This document shows positions 12,601-26,917 of a stretch of 64,000 nt of DNA, piece by piece. This DNA comes from Lingula anatina. Taxonomy: Eukaryota > Animalia > Brachiopoda. The stretch's first letter is position 1. Each line of letters starts with the position of its first letter. The notes beneath the pieces were generated by a model. That model saw nothing but the letters and a program-made list of their open reading frames with translations. It searched no databases and had not been told where the DNA came from. Both the position numbers and the translations under genes were made by a program. The DNA lies in contig CM120642.1 of the NCBI GenBank assembly GCA_051362555.1, forward strand, positions 33,604,001-33,668,000, read 5' to 3'.

Positions 12601-15600
12601 ACGTGGATAACATTGGCAGGCTGAAATAACAACGCAGGACTTAATGACAAGTGAAAAAAGAACATTTTTGTGATACTGTTTGTGAAATAAGCAAGTGTTG
12701 TAATTTATTTGTATTACCCAGCAACTGTCTACTAATTTCTGACAATACTCACTGCTGCATTTTGCAAGTTATAACAAGATGCACTTAAGCGGCAGCTTTG
12801 AGATAGAACCTAAATTAAACCAAGTAATCATAATTTTCAGTAACTTAATTCTCCAATTTTTCTGCCTGTTTTTCTCTTTATATGTACATATATTTACTAT
12901 CAAATGGTTTCCTAGCAACTGACCTTTGCAATCCCCCTTTGGAAGTGCTAGGGCATCCCCGTAGTAGCCAGGCAGACAACGGTCACAGTAGAACCCTGCT
13001 GTGTTGTAGATACACTTCAAACACTCTCCTGTTGTGCTGCAATAGAGAAGAAATTGATAAAGCATGGGAATGAAGCTAAACTGAATTGAAATGCTGAAAA
13101 GAAAATAAGGAATATGGTGGAAATGGCAGTAAATGGTAGTTTACATATCAATGCTGATATCTCATCAGTCATCAATTAGAAATCAATCTTTCAAATGCAG
13201 CATTCCCAAAATTTAGATATCTTTACCCACCTGTTGCAGTTGGCCACTGCGTTGGGATCAATATTTTCATTACAGCGACATTTCTGGCACTGTGAGGCAG
13301 GACCATAGCGACCTGTTGGGTCTCCGTAGTATGAGTCTGCACAGTACTCACAGCGGTTGCCTGGCAACAAAGAAATCAGCTTTCATAGTGAACAGATAAA
13401 AAATCACTTTTATACTGAAGTAACATCCTTAAAAATATTAAATACATCTTTCACTTCTAGAAAGATATCAGCAACTATCTGATTTTCTCAGATTTGACCC
13501 TATCTGCTTAAAATACCCAAATAATAAAATTATAATTCAAATACCTAAGAACCAATGTATAAGGTCTGTGTTACCAGCATTTCCTCAAAATATGATTTGT
13601 TGCGAATAACATGATGTGATGTCAAATGTAGATTTTCCTATACTGCACTGTGCTAACATGTCAGCACCATTAGTTTCTTTACTAACATTAACATAATAAA
13701 TATGTAGAGAGGACCGTTCAAAAATGCCTTGTTCCATACCTGCATTCATGTCAATATGATGAATATTATGTCCATGAATTATTTTATCTAGCTCTGTTTC
13801 CATACCTGCATTTGTGTCAATATGATGAATATTACATCCTTGTATTATTTTATCTACCTCTGTTTCCATACCTACATTAATGTCAACATGATGAATATTA
13901 CATCCATGAATTATTTTATCTAGCCCTGTTCCCTACCTGCGTATCCCTCCCTACAGTTAATACAGGCCACCTCTCCGTTCAGTAACTCCACACAGGAGCC
14001 TCCATCTGGACACGGGCAAGGACTGCAATCATTTGGGGTACCAGCCAGCGCGTAACCATAGTAACCAGGTTTACAGACCTCGCAGTTCGTGCCTGCCGTG
14101 TTGTGCTGGCAGATACAGCGACCTGAAATAATCAAATATAACATCAATATAGTCTAAATTTTACAATTAATTCTTTAATCAAAGGATCAGAAAATGAATA
14201 AATTTCCTCAGAAAATGGCCACTGATGGTGCATATGAAGATGACTTGGATAGCCACATGATGTGGACAGAACCCACTGAATGCAAAGTGATAAATCATTA
14301 ACAGATTCAAGTTTCATTAGAGAAAACTCAAAGGCATTAAGTCTTGGTCATGCAATTCCTTTTTTTATCATAATCTTTCATAATCAAAACATACTTTTGT
14401 TACATGAAAAATGTAACCATTTTATATACTCTACTCACATGTAATACACACATAAACTCATGGTTTTCAGCAAGCTACAAAACACAGCCAATTTAGGACA
14501 AAATCAACAAAGTTCAAATGGCTGTAAATAAGATTTTATGACCAGATATCAGAGTTGACTGACCTGTGTTGACCTCGCAGGTGTCTGAGTGGTTGTTACA
14601 GTTACAGGGGATACAGCGTGCATAGGGTCCGCCACCAGGTGGATCCCTGTGGTATCCCGGCTCACAGGACTCGCAGAACTGGCCGACGTATCCTGTGGGA
14701 CAGGTACACTGCTCTACCCAGGGGGCAGGGTCCCCGAAACTGCCACGCCGCGCTGACACCAACTTGACATTATCCAGGAATCCAACTCCTAGAAATATCA
14801 CAGAGAGAAAATGGGGGTTATATACTGGGCAGAGGGTAATACCGTAGGGGGGCAGTGTGTGTTTGTTCTATCATATCTTACTGTCGTTTTTATGCAAATT
14901 GGGTCAAAATTATGGTTTACATCTGAAAGATTTTAAGAAAAAATGAAAAAAGTTCTATTAATTTAGATTTGTAAAGCAGCACATCAGCAAATTTGTGACA
15001 GAAAAACATCCTTTCCGTACATCACACAAACGCCATGTTCATATCATCTAATTCTATCTACCCCTATGTTTTAGAAATACAAGTTTTTTTACTTTAAAAA
15101 AAATTGTAACAATCACTTATAATTTTAAACAAGAGCTACTGTATCTCTTACCCTGTGATTGATAGGTGCCTCGAAGTCTCATGGATGTTAAATTAGCCAG
15201 CATTCCTCTGAAATCAAGACTTGTTAGGCGGGGTGTCCACTGGTAACGCGGGTGTTCATTCAGCACAAACCTGTACTCCTGGTTGATGTTCCTGGGCAGT
15301 GGATTCCCCTGAGCAAAGATAGGTGCGGAGACTGTCTGACCATTGCCCTCTAACACTATGTCCATGATGGAGGCCCGCGCCCCCTCCTCTCCCACGCGGA
15401 GATTGAACGACAGCAGCTGGTTGTAGCTGTTACTTTGGTCCCCAGAATACTTGGCTACATAACAGGAAAATATTAAATAAAATATCTTCAAGTAATTATT
15501 AATCTCTAACAAATTAAAATTAAAATAAAATAATATAAAATTAAAATGAAATAAATCTAAATTTATAATTCTAAAATTTGCCTTTTAACCTTGACACCCA

Positions 15601-18600
15601 AAAATCCTGGAAAACCAGGATCTAGAAAAGCCTTAATATTTGTCAGACAGATCATAGATATTAGATTTTATTTAAAACAAAAACAAGTCAGAGTCAGTTG
15701 TGGAAACTAGGATGCAGCCCAGCTTGACTGATCCTAGAGCTGATGATTAGAAAACTCTATATTTCTTGTCAAATATATTATAGGTAACAGACACAAATAC
15801 AGAAAGACAAGCTAATCCTCACATGGTGCACTGAAATACTGTGCCTGGTTATCTAATGAAGAAATACTGATGTCTTCTAGGATGGCATTGTACTGTATGG
15901 GAACATCAAGTCCATCTTTGTCCTTGCCTTCCCAGAAGTCTTTATCTAAAACAAAACACAAGGCATGGTAAGTTGAGGAAACTAGAATTTCAGTTTAATT
16001 GGTAAGGTAAAAGACTCCTAGGTACTGAATATTTTGAACTCTCAGTGCTTTGACCTAATCTGTACATGTATATTTTGATCTTATATACCACATGCATGTT
16101 ACATAGTTAATTGTAATAAACCCATCAAAGCTGCAGCAACCACTGTGCTGGAATATAAAGAAATTAGCAAGGGCCACTGCGTTTTTGAAACAGACTTATA
16201 GACAATATACTGTATGAATACAACTTTATATACTGTAAAAATACAAAATGTCTATTAATATGTTTTTGGAGATAATTTTAGTGATTATGAATAACAAAAG
16301 ATCATCCATACTAATGTACTTTCTCATGGGTAGTCCCATCCTTCTAACCCCCCCCCCCCCCCCCTTTATCAGCACAGGAAGTGCCAAATATGAAACAGCA
16401 ACGAATACACTATTCATATTTTCCATCATAACTTACCATTTTCAAAGTCTGAAGTGATCTCATATTTTGTAAACTGTCTGGCACTTGAACAAACAGAGGA
16501 ATGACCATAGCAGAAGCAGCTAATGCAGCCCAGGGGGTTAGCCTCCTGAAGGTTATAATAGCCTGGCTTACACCTGGGGGAGAACAATAGAGAGGAACCA
16601 TGAATTTATGAACAGGCATTAGAACAGTCCTCACTGAAAAAGTAGGATTTACATGATTCATAGGATTTACACAATTCCTAAGAATGACCCAAATGACCCT
16701 GCAAAAGTCGGAAATCCGGCAAAAGATGGAAAAGTTTCATCGGTGTATGATTAACAGGTCTTGTATCTTTTAACTTTGTTTTAGAAAAGCTGATCACCAG
16801 AGGGCAGCAACTGGCTAACACATTAATCACCAGAGGGCAGCACCTGGCTAACACATTGATCACCAGAGGGCAGCAACTGCTTGGCACATTGATAGAAATA
16901 ATAGTCATATTTGGTAAACACATACTCTATACAAATTACTACCTGAGAAGAGATATTTGTAGAGCATATTAGACAAATAGCACAAAAATCCCTTAGTTCT
17001 CGACCTTGCAGGGTGTCAGACTGATATCAGTAAAACTGGCCATCAGCGTGTATTGTATGAGATTAGTTAATTCCTCTGATCTATTCCACAGTACACTTGT
17101 GATAACATAACTACAGAGTGGCGAGAAATAACAATGGGTATCTCTGATGACCACATGGCCGATTATAACTACTACTGTTACATCTTGATATTGAATCAGA
17201 GTAAAAGCCTACAGTTGTTGATTTCATATCACAATATTTAAAATAAATTTGATTAATTGTTTTGAGCTCCTAAAAGAAATAAGAATAATGAATTTTTTAG
17301 TTAAACATGATCAATGTTTGAATTATTATTATATCATTAAATATAAGAAATGTTTGTTCTAGTTGTGCATGCGTACGCATGTGCGTTTATATCTCCAGTT
17401 TACCTGTCACAGTTTTGTCCCTCCACAGTTTCTTTACATGTACACATTCCTGTATCAGGAGTACACATGGGTCTGTTGTCTAAACTACCTGCCTCTAGAC
17501 ACTGACACTGTCTGTAGAAAGAAGAAGAGAGAGATATTGTCTTTATCATTGAATTTATATACATTAACACAGTGTGGTGGTCACAGGGCTGTATTGACTG
17601 TGTTACATAGTATTACACACTAGCGTGGTCCAGGAATTACACCAAAGAATGGCCTGGGGAAAATGTGTGTGCGCTGAAATTTTCACAGACAAGTACAAAT
17701 ATAATATACTTATAAAATTTTCATATTTACTTGTGATTCTTTTAAAATTAAGTACTTGAATATTCTTTCACAATACTGTCCTCAGTATTCTATTCAGGAT
17801 CACATTATGACATTAAATGAAAGTCAAAATAAGGCAAAAGTCTTAACAAAACCCTCCAAAGATCAAACACTTATGGATGTGAAGATAGGGAGGTGTCTTT
17901 TCTTACCTGCAGCCAAAGTTGCTGAAGTCGTAGTAGTTGGGCAGACACCTGTCGCATTTATCCCCACCCACACCTGGTTTACAGCGACACCTGCCATCTA
18001 TAGAACACTGGAGACTCTCAGAGCCTAAAGGAGAAGAGAGAGAAGACATAGAGAGAAAGAGAGGAGGTAGTGGTTTTATGCATGTACATTTCCATTACTG
18101 ATACTGTTTTACCAAAATGGCTAAAATTTGGCTGGGAAATCAGTCCAGTAAGATGCTGTGTATTTAAACTGAGACAACAAATGTCCTTACCGTTTATTTA
18201 CACTTTCAAAGGAAAAATTGATCCTTCTGCAATTATTTCTGGTTTATACCACTGCTACTAATAGTGTGGACTTGTGGCAGATCTTAGCTCATATCATTAC
18301 TAATTTCATATTTCATTCATGTGAACAAAAAATGGCACACCTTCAATAAAATCTTATTAGACAGATTATTTCTACCCATCACAAATATGGTGTCAGTTTT
18401 GGGCATCCTATAAACATGGACATTTCAGTCCAAACCAACAGAAATTCTGATTTGCAACCATACAAGAGACTCCTGTACTGGGAGGGGGAAATAAACTCTC
18501 CATCTGCTATGAAGTGACTATAATTTTGGCACAATCAAGTCAAGGTTAAGGGTCTTTAACTGTGTTTCTAAAACCACAGAATAAACAGACACAGGTCATA

Positions 18601-21600
18601 AAATTCAGCTATGTGCACCAAGCAAAAAGAACTCTAAGGAGAGATCAATTTCCCTTTTATGACCCAGTTTCATTGACCTAAACAATCACAAATCCCACCC
18701 AGTGTATCTTCATTGGCATGCTTTAGTCTTCTGCTCATTCACATTGGTATATATGGTTAGTGATAGGTGTATAGTCTTTCATAGGTACATAATTATATAT
18801 GGTCTGTAATGGGTATATATGGACTTTAATAGGCTAAAGGCAGAAGAGATGCCTGTGTCTATTGTCTGACACAACTGACAGTCTTTGATGTCCAGTGACT
18901 GAGCAACAGCATCATTGTCACCATGTGATAACAGTGACATAACTAGAAATGAGGTCTATCTATTACAACACTGTATCAAGTATAGGTGTGCCACAGTGTT
19001 AACTGCTATTGGATCTTTTTATCAGTAGACTCTCAGGTCATTAATGCTGCCAATTCACAGTCTGTCTTGGCAAATTTGTTGTGGTGTTTTTTTTCTTCTT
19101 TTTTTAATTCTTTTTTCATCTTTCAGATCTGTGGGATTTCTAAATGCACCGTTAAGTGCCACTTAAGTGAGAGAACACATCAGTGTTTTCATCCTTACTT
19201 GATATCTTCCTGCTGCTTTCATTAATTTTCTGTCTTAATTTATCATCATTTTAAAAGTTGTAGAAAAGTATATAGCAAATCAATAATAGAGTAATCAGAG
19301 TTAAAATTCCTAAGAAATAAAAGACGTGTAATTCATAATGGTTCATAGGAATTGCAAGGAAGGAGATATAATGGGGTTTGGAGGGGGGGGGGGTTAAATA
19401 CCCAGAACACCTTAAAACTGTTACAGCTATTTCACATCAGTGGGATCTGCTGACCTATTTCACTGCACTGGCAAGCCTCACATCTGTCCTGGTCTGTTCT
19501 GCGGAAGTAGTTCTCCTTGCAGCGTTCACAGTGGGGTCCCGCGGTGTTGTCCTGACAGTCTGTGCAATGGCCGCCTCTCCCGGTCCTCTCGTACAGGTCA
19601 CGGTCAAAATAACAGCGGTTTGATTTCCCGTTGCATTCACATCCTAGGAAGAAAAATTACAGTGACAGTAAAATCAATACTTTATAAAACTAATGTTAAA
19701 AAACCTTTTGGTCAAATATCAAATATTCACCATTAAATTTGGCTTTTTCAAAGTATCAACAAAGCTTTTTGAAGTTATATAAAATCTTACAAACATGAAT
19801 ATGTAATCAGTTGTCAAATCACATCATAGTTAGCAGACTGCATATATTTTCAAAACAGTAAAACAAGGTTTTGGTATATTAAACTCTGTGATCCAAGTCT
19901 CTAAAACCAACAGAAACTGCTTGCAATGTATGCACTTAGTGGATGCATTTCTATGCTAAAACACTTGACAACAAGTGCCCTTTTCCATCGAGACCAAGAA
20001 GAGAGTACTTACGCTGCCATCTCCCTCCGTCCCAGTACCAGTAAGCATGAACAGATTGATACAAATACAGCATCAGTAATGCAATAACAATGTTCATGAT
20101 GGACGATGTTACACTGCTACACCCAATCTGCTAACACTCACCACTGTTAATAAACCTACCCCTCTTCAAGGTCAGCTCACAAATTACTGTTTTAAGAACT
20201 TACATAGAGATATCCACTCAAAAGGACCACATTTCACCAAACATAATAAGGAACATGGATTAACACGATATAAGTCTCATTATCCAAGTTCTTGGCAAAG
20301 AAAAGGCTGTCAAGTTGTCTTGATAGATGAATTGTCAATAGACACTCCTTTCTGGAAGTGTTTGAAAACCTCTTTCAAGGCTCTTATCAATGACCATAAA
20401 AGCCTCCTTTACTGGGCCATTTTACTCCACATAGCAGGACCAGCCACTCTCTCCACTGTGTGTGGCTCACATAGGATCAAACTAACCCTCTATAATACAG
20501 TCTCCTGGCCCTGTGCTTACTAATTGCTATTTAACATGTATTTTCTATGGAGACACCAATAGCACTACAGCTTTAATTGGCGTGTCATAAAACATTGGTA
20601 TTGTTTACCTGATCTTGGCCTCCATACAGAGTAAATATCAAATCCATACAGGGCAAATAACAGTATTCCACTAGATACTGAACCATTGACACTGATTGTG
20701 CTTTCTTAAGTATCCATTCATTTGTTAAGAATTAATTAAATAAATCTATAAAAGGACTATTTGTGCTCAGATTTGGCAGATATATGTGAATAAATGTGTA
20801 AGAAATAGGACAGTTTACTCGTGGTATAAACTTTCAGGAATGATAAGACCTTCAGTTTTGCTACAATCCTAACAATTAAAGATAGGATTACACTGTTTAA
20901 GTGACTCATACACAAAGGGAAGATGTTAACTGAACGGGAAATAAACAGTATTTGAAACCTAGACATCAATGGCACATTGACAGTGTTCAGAATGTGGTAG
21001 AGGTGACAAATAGTGATTGTGTTTTGTCATGATGTTGAGATTTTCATTGTGGTAGATACTATGAATGTATGAAAGTTTTTTGTAGGGTATGTCATAACAA
21101 AATTTCCATCTTGTTACCTACAACCTGAAAACTGGGGGTATATTATATTTCTAAAAGGAAATCAAGTACCTATAAATTTCAGTACAATTGCATACAAAGT
21201 TCACTGATACACCGTCAGCCCAAAATCTACATACAAAACATTTTCTAGTTCTCTAAAATGAAATCACATCTCTCAATGAAACTGTAGAACCTTACTTAAT
21301 TTTTAAGTTTAAATCTGTTTATCTTACTTTTGCATTCCCTGGCATCATCGGCGGTGGCTCTCCCCCAGGGAGCATCATGGAACCCAGAGGCACACTCCTC
21401 GCAGTCTGAGCCCGCTGTATTGTGCTCACACAAACACACGGGGACCTCGCCTGCTCCGTTACTAGGCACACACTTACTGGCATGACCGTTACACTTACAC
21501 CTGGAAGATAAGAAAACAAATATTATCATACTATCTCATGAAAACATAAGGCTCAGTCCCAAGAAATTTAGCTCATCTAAAGAACATAGCATCTCATTCA

Positions 21601-24600
21601 ATCCCCTTATTACTAGTTCTGGCAATATAATGTTAATCTAATATGCAATAAGTGCCACTAGCACACTATGTTTCGGCTAGCTATGTCCCTTTATATTGGG
21701 TTCCTATGGACAGAAATTATAAGATCACGGTCTGATCAGATACTTGTACACTTTGTATGCTATACATGTGTGATGTGGTCTTTCCAATTATACATAAAGT
21801 ATACCCCTTACTAATGATACCAATACTAAAAACTGAAAACACAGCTCCAAGTTATCAAATCTTGATCTCAGACTGTTTAAACCCCAAAATATGCATATAT
21901 CAGATATTACAAGGGCAGACCTATCAGGATATAAAATGTATAACATTTAGACCCGTGTAATGTGTAAGACAAAGTTGATGAACAACTACCATGATCAAGT
22001 TTTGTAGCATCTTGAAATCTTTCAGACATGTTGATTTGTAAGTGGTGCAAAAAAGATGGACAATCTGTAACCCATCACCACCAACCTCACAGAGGTGAAC
22101 ACAAGCATCCATGATCTTTTTCGTTCTAAGGAACACTTGGTGGGCAGAAACAAAACTTAACTCCAGGTCACCCATTGGCATTCCAAACTGACCAGAAGTT
22201 CACATATATTTATGTGGTACCCTAGCAACCCAGATGGTCTCCCATATGGCAGAGTGACGCAGTGTATTCAGGGCCATTTGTTGGTTCTGGGGAATAACAA
22301 CATGCATTCCTTCTACTCGTTCACTGGAGTAGGGGTAATGTCAATGTGTGAGATTGTTACGGGTGTATGGTAATTTCTCTCTAAATTCAAACAAAATCAA
22401 TTCATCACATTTCTCAAAATGATACCATGCTTGTAAAACATGTGTAGTATAATTTAAAGGAGAGTTTTTTTTAATCACTGTAAGTGATAAGTATTGACAA
22501 AAAAAACATGCTGGTAAAATTTGAGTGCTTGAAATATTTTGCAAAAGAGCTGATAAATTGTTGATAAATGTATTTTTCTACACTCCCTGAGTGGGAGCTT
22601 GACCCTCTTCTCCTGAACCAAAGGTTCACAATCACTCAAGTCAAAACATTTGATGGCATATTTAAGGGAAGATTTATTGTTTTCATTGATGGGGAAGTTA
22701 ACAGGGCACATGGCTGACCTGACACATGGTGCCCCATTTCAAAACCAGTCACATTTTATATTAAAAACATTTTAATTTTCAAAAGGAAACTTTTGCATCA
22801 ATGTAGGTTTAGGACACACAGATTCCTTGGTCATCATTTGTAATGAAATTTGAAGCAAGTAATTTGCACTGTAACTGAAAGAAAAATGGAAAAAGAAACA
22901 ATGTGTAATTCAGATATTGTGTCAACACATTCCCTCATCTGAAAGAAACAGATAACCCTGACATAATAGTAAAAATATTATACCAAATAATGAAGATTTG
23001 TCTGTAAGAACACAATACTAAGCCACCAGTCACTTGAACATGAATGCTTGCACCTATTTATGTAGGGTATCATTTCTCCCTAAACGACCATGATAATCAG
23101 TCTACTGCCCACACTGCTCTATTTACACTCCTTCCCCCAGGGATATACAGCTATCTTGTCCATCTTCTCAATCATCACATTTTACTTGTCATCCTCTCAA
23201 CTCTGCCTTGTAATAGACATGGTTTGGAACTGCCTGTATTACATAACTGACATGAACAGTTCTTCCTCCTAGTTATATGTATGGCCTGATCACGAGTATA
23301 ATTTTTCCTCAACACCTGTTATAAAAGTGATGGACCTGGTATTGTATAACATTTCAGCCTGAATCTAGCTATAATTTCTATCATAATCAAGTCTGCAGCA
23401 GTTCATTATTTTCAGGCCATGATTATATAGGTAGAGACCACAGTGTTCACAATGGGTAATTATCACATCTTGAAGCAGCACAGCTATGATACAAGCAGAC
23501 CATAGAGTAACCCCACCCACTTAATTACTGGACTGGGATCTGTACTGACCTTCACTGTCCACAATCACTGACCATCTCAACAACCACAATGACCACAACT
23601 TATCTTCAAGATGAAACTCTAGCCATTTTTTCTTCCCATCCCTTAATAAAGCCATTTTACATGTCACTGTACTTCATAATTATTGCCTTGCTTATGGAAA
23701 CTCAATTTTCCCAAAAGTGCATTATTTTATTAACAATGACTCATAATATAATTTAGAACTTCCTATTTCTCTCTCATTATATCGATTTCAAACTTTTTGT
23801 ACTCCAACAGGTTTCCAGTTCTCAAAACACGACTCCAGCTACAACACAAACCCAGTTTTTTCTTGTTCATTACATCAATCTTGGAAGTGAGTTTCACAAC
23901 AATGCTGCTCTAGTTACTACAGCACAGGGAAACTTCATGCTTCAACAACACAGCAAATAAACAATCCAGGAGACCTAGAGTAACTGTAAAACAGTTTGTG
24001 TTCTTTTTATGTGGGTCTATAAGAAAACAAAACTATGAAAACATAAAAGGTATGTTTGTCTTCACAGGGCAGATTACCTCCTGTCTAATGGTAAGGTTAT
24101 AACCAGATACCATCTACTTCTACAACATGGAGCAAATACCATTACAAGACACACTAAAAATCCATTTCACATTGGATTGCACCTATAACTGCAAGATATG
24201 GAACAGAGGCGAATACATTTGCATTTCAACAGAACTAATCTTCAACCATGTATTAAGTGTTACAGTACTGTAGTAAAAGTACTAGTCTGGACTGCATTAC
24301 CTCTGGCAGAGACAATGTCTGTAAACACAAGAAAGAGGGAGATGACATAATGTTGATTACATGTGAACTTAGTCTATACATCTAATTATAACTTAATAAA
24401 GAAATGTGAAATTATTTAATTAATTATTTATCTCTAATTATTACACAACAATTCTCACTTCCATTTCCAATGCAAAGAGTCTAAAAAAATCCATCTTTAC
24501 ATCTGAAGAAAACCAACACTGCTCAGTAAAGACCCCTATCATCTGTGTTGGAGTCCATGTTGATATTTTACAGTCACCTTCTGCCCTGTTATTTGCTGCA

Positions 24601-26051
24601 ATTTCCAGTGAACTGCTGACCCATCAAAGTGGCCCAACACCACTTTCTACTTACATCAAAGCTTTACAACAACCCATATGGTCCAGTTTTTTACTGAAAC
24701 CTTTTTTGTATGACCATTATCTGGATGAAAGGTGTATATTACTGTCCACCCAGTGTTATTTTCTGGAATAAAACTGGTTGTTATCCCCATCAGATAAACA
24801 TGGTTAGTTCAAGCAACACCTGCTAAGCTTTTTTTTTTTGGACATTTCAAAAGCTACCAGTTCAAAAGTGTCATGAGACTGACATTACACACAGTTTATT
24901 TCTACTAAATTCTGACCTAGAATTTTCATTTCTATTTCAATTTTTATTGGTAAATTTTCAAAATCCCGAACTATTTTCTTCCTCTTTTTAAAAACAACTG
25001 AGAAAACATTTCTGTCATACTTACAAATATTACTACATTTATCTACTAATTATTTATAATTATTCATTTATCTTTTTTTTTCTCTCTTCACATATTATAT
25101 ATTTCTTTCTTTCTTTATATTTTTATGTGTATGTGTATAAGCTACTTCCTTGCCAAATATAATATCCTGCTTCAGAGAGGGATTTCCTTCCAGTCCCTTT
25201 AGTCCTGACTACATAACTTTACCCCTGTCTTCCACCATGAGCCCCCTGTCATGGATATGTATACATGTTAACTGCCAGAAAAGAATGTCCGGCCATTGTT
25301 CTGGTATGTACAGTATGTCAGTACAATGTGGAGAAGATGAATCAAGTCTCTAGAAATCCTACTGTAGTACACTACTGAATGGTAGAAATACAAAACTGCA
25401 CACATCCTGGCCTATAATTTTACCCCCATTTTGTTCCAAGGTTAGAGAAAGGCTGTAGTGTTATCTGGGTTTCATTCATAGCAAAATCCACAACATGAAA
25501 GGATTCATCTACAAAGACATTTGTCTACCTGGTGGGCATTTTGACTGGGGTAAACTTACGCAACATTAAATATGAACAACAAACCATAAAAAAAAGAGAA
25601 CTAAAATTATGGCCTCACAGAGGAACTGTGTATAAAATGAACTTGTTGATTTTCCAGCAAACTGAAGAGGGGTCTATGCTAAAAGTTCCCAGACAAAGGG
25701 ACAAGAAGAAAAATATCTTTGCTTTTCTCAAAAGCCACACAACAATCTGGTGCTGGTTGGAGTTCATTCAATTTCACACTGCAGCCCCCCCCCCCCCCCC
25801 CCCCTGCAACTTCTGTCTGCTTGAACAGTTACAAAGATGGAAACAAAGAAGATGATAATGGAGGAAAGTCATCCATCTTTGCCCTTGCCTCTTCTGCAGT
25901 TCCCCCATTTTTATATACAGATACCAAGAACCTTATCTTTTTTACAATAAAAAAGGGAAATTTTCAGAAATTTTCAGACATTATGACTTACTTAAAATAT
26001 ATGTAGTTCATTAATCAAACTAGTCTGTATTTTTATCTCTTTTAATAAGGT

Positions 26052-26103
<52 letters not shown>

Positions 26104-26882
26104 GTGAAAAATATGACGTCCCTTCCTGTTGTAAACCCCCACCATTAAGAGTGTTGTCAGACGTTGTCAGCCCAGATCATCTCAGTCCTGTCATTGGCCC
26201 TATTCTGAGTTAACAGACCTTTACAAGGCAGGTCTCACATCATTAACCCCAGAGACACTGGCTACCTGGCAGAGAACACTACCCACATACCTGACATAGT
26301 TACTGGCTTCTGAACAAACTGCTTTACACAGATTTATTACACTGCTGTTATTGAAATCATCTCTTCTTTTTGGTGGAGTGATGTACTGAATGTCAAAGTC
26401 TTTTTATTTATTGAAGTTTGCTATTAGTTCAGATAGATCTGTTTTCAGGTTACACGGTATTTAGTAAGTTTTTATACATTTACAGAAATTTGTTGTAATG
26501 ACAGGAATGAAATGTTTGCTCTGTTTGATAACTATAAGTAATTTCATGACAAAATAAATGTCAATCCTAGGCAAGATTTTGTTTACGTCTGTAAATAAAC
26601 ATAAACAAAAAGTGAACAATCAGCATCTTCTGCATTCTTATATGCAATTTTCTCCAACCAAAATAAAGAATGTCTCATTTCCTCCCTTAAACTAGCTATA
26701 TATTTGTAGCAAATGAAATGAGTTTTTCTCAAGAAAATAAAACCTAGGGACAGGTGAATGAAATCTTGCTGCACTTCAGTGTCTCAAGCACCTCTTCAAG
26801 AGTTCATTACAATTCAGGAGAATTTTTTTAAAGAAAAATATGTTTCATGTATGAGAACTCAATCAAAGTGGGATCTCCCAAA

Positions 26883-26917
<35 letters not shown>

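Noticed and set aside
13585-13869. 94-aa ORF with 22-aa repeats
   Set aside because: By-product of the 66-bp intronic tandem repeat.
7983-19736. Plus-strand ORFs overlapping laminin exons
   Set aside because: Antisense shadows of coding exons.
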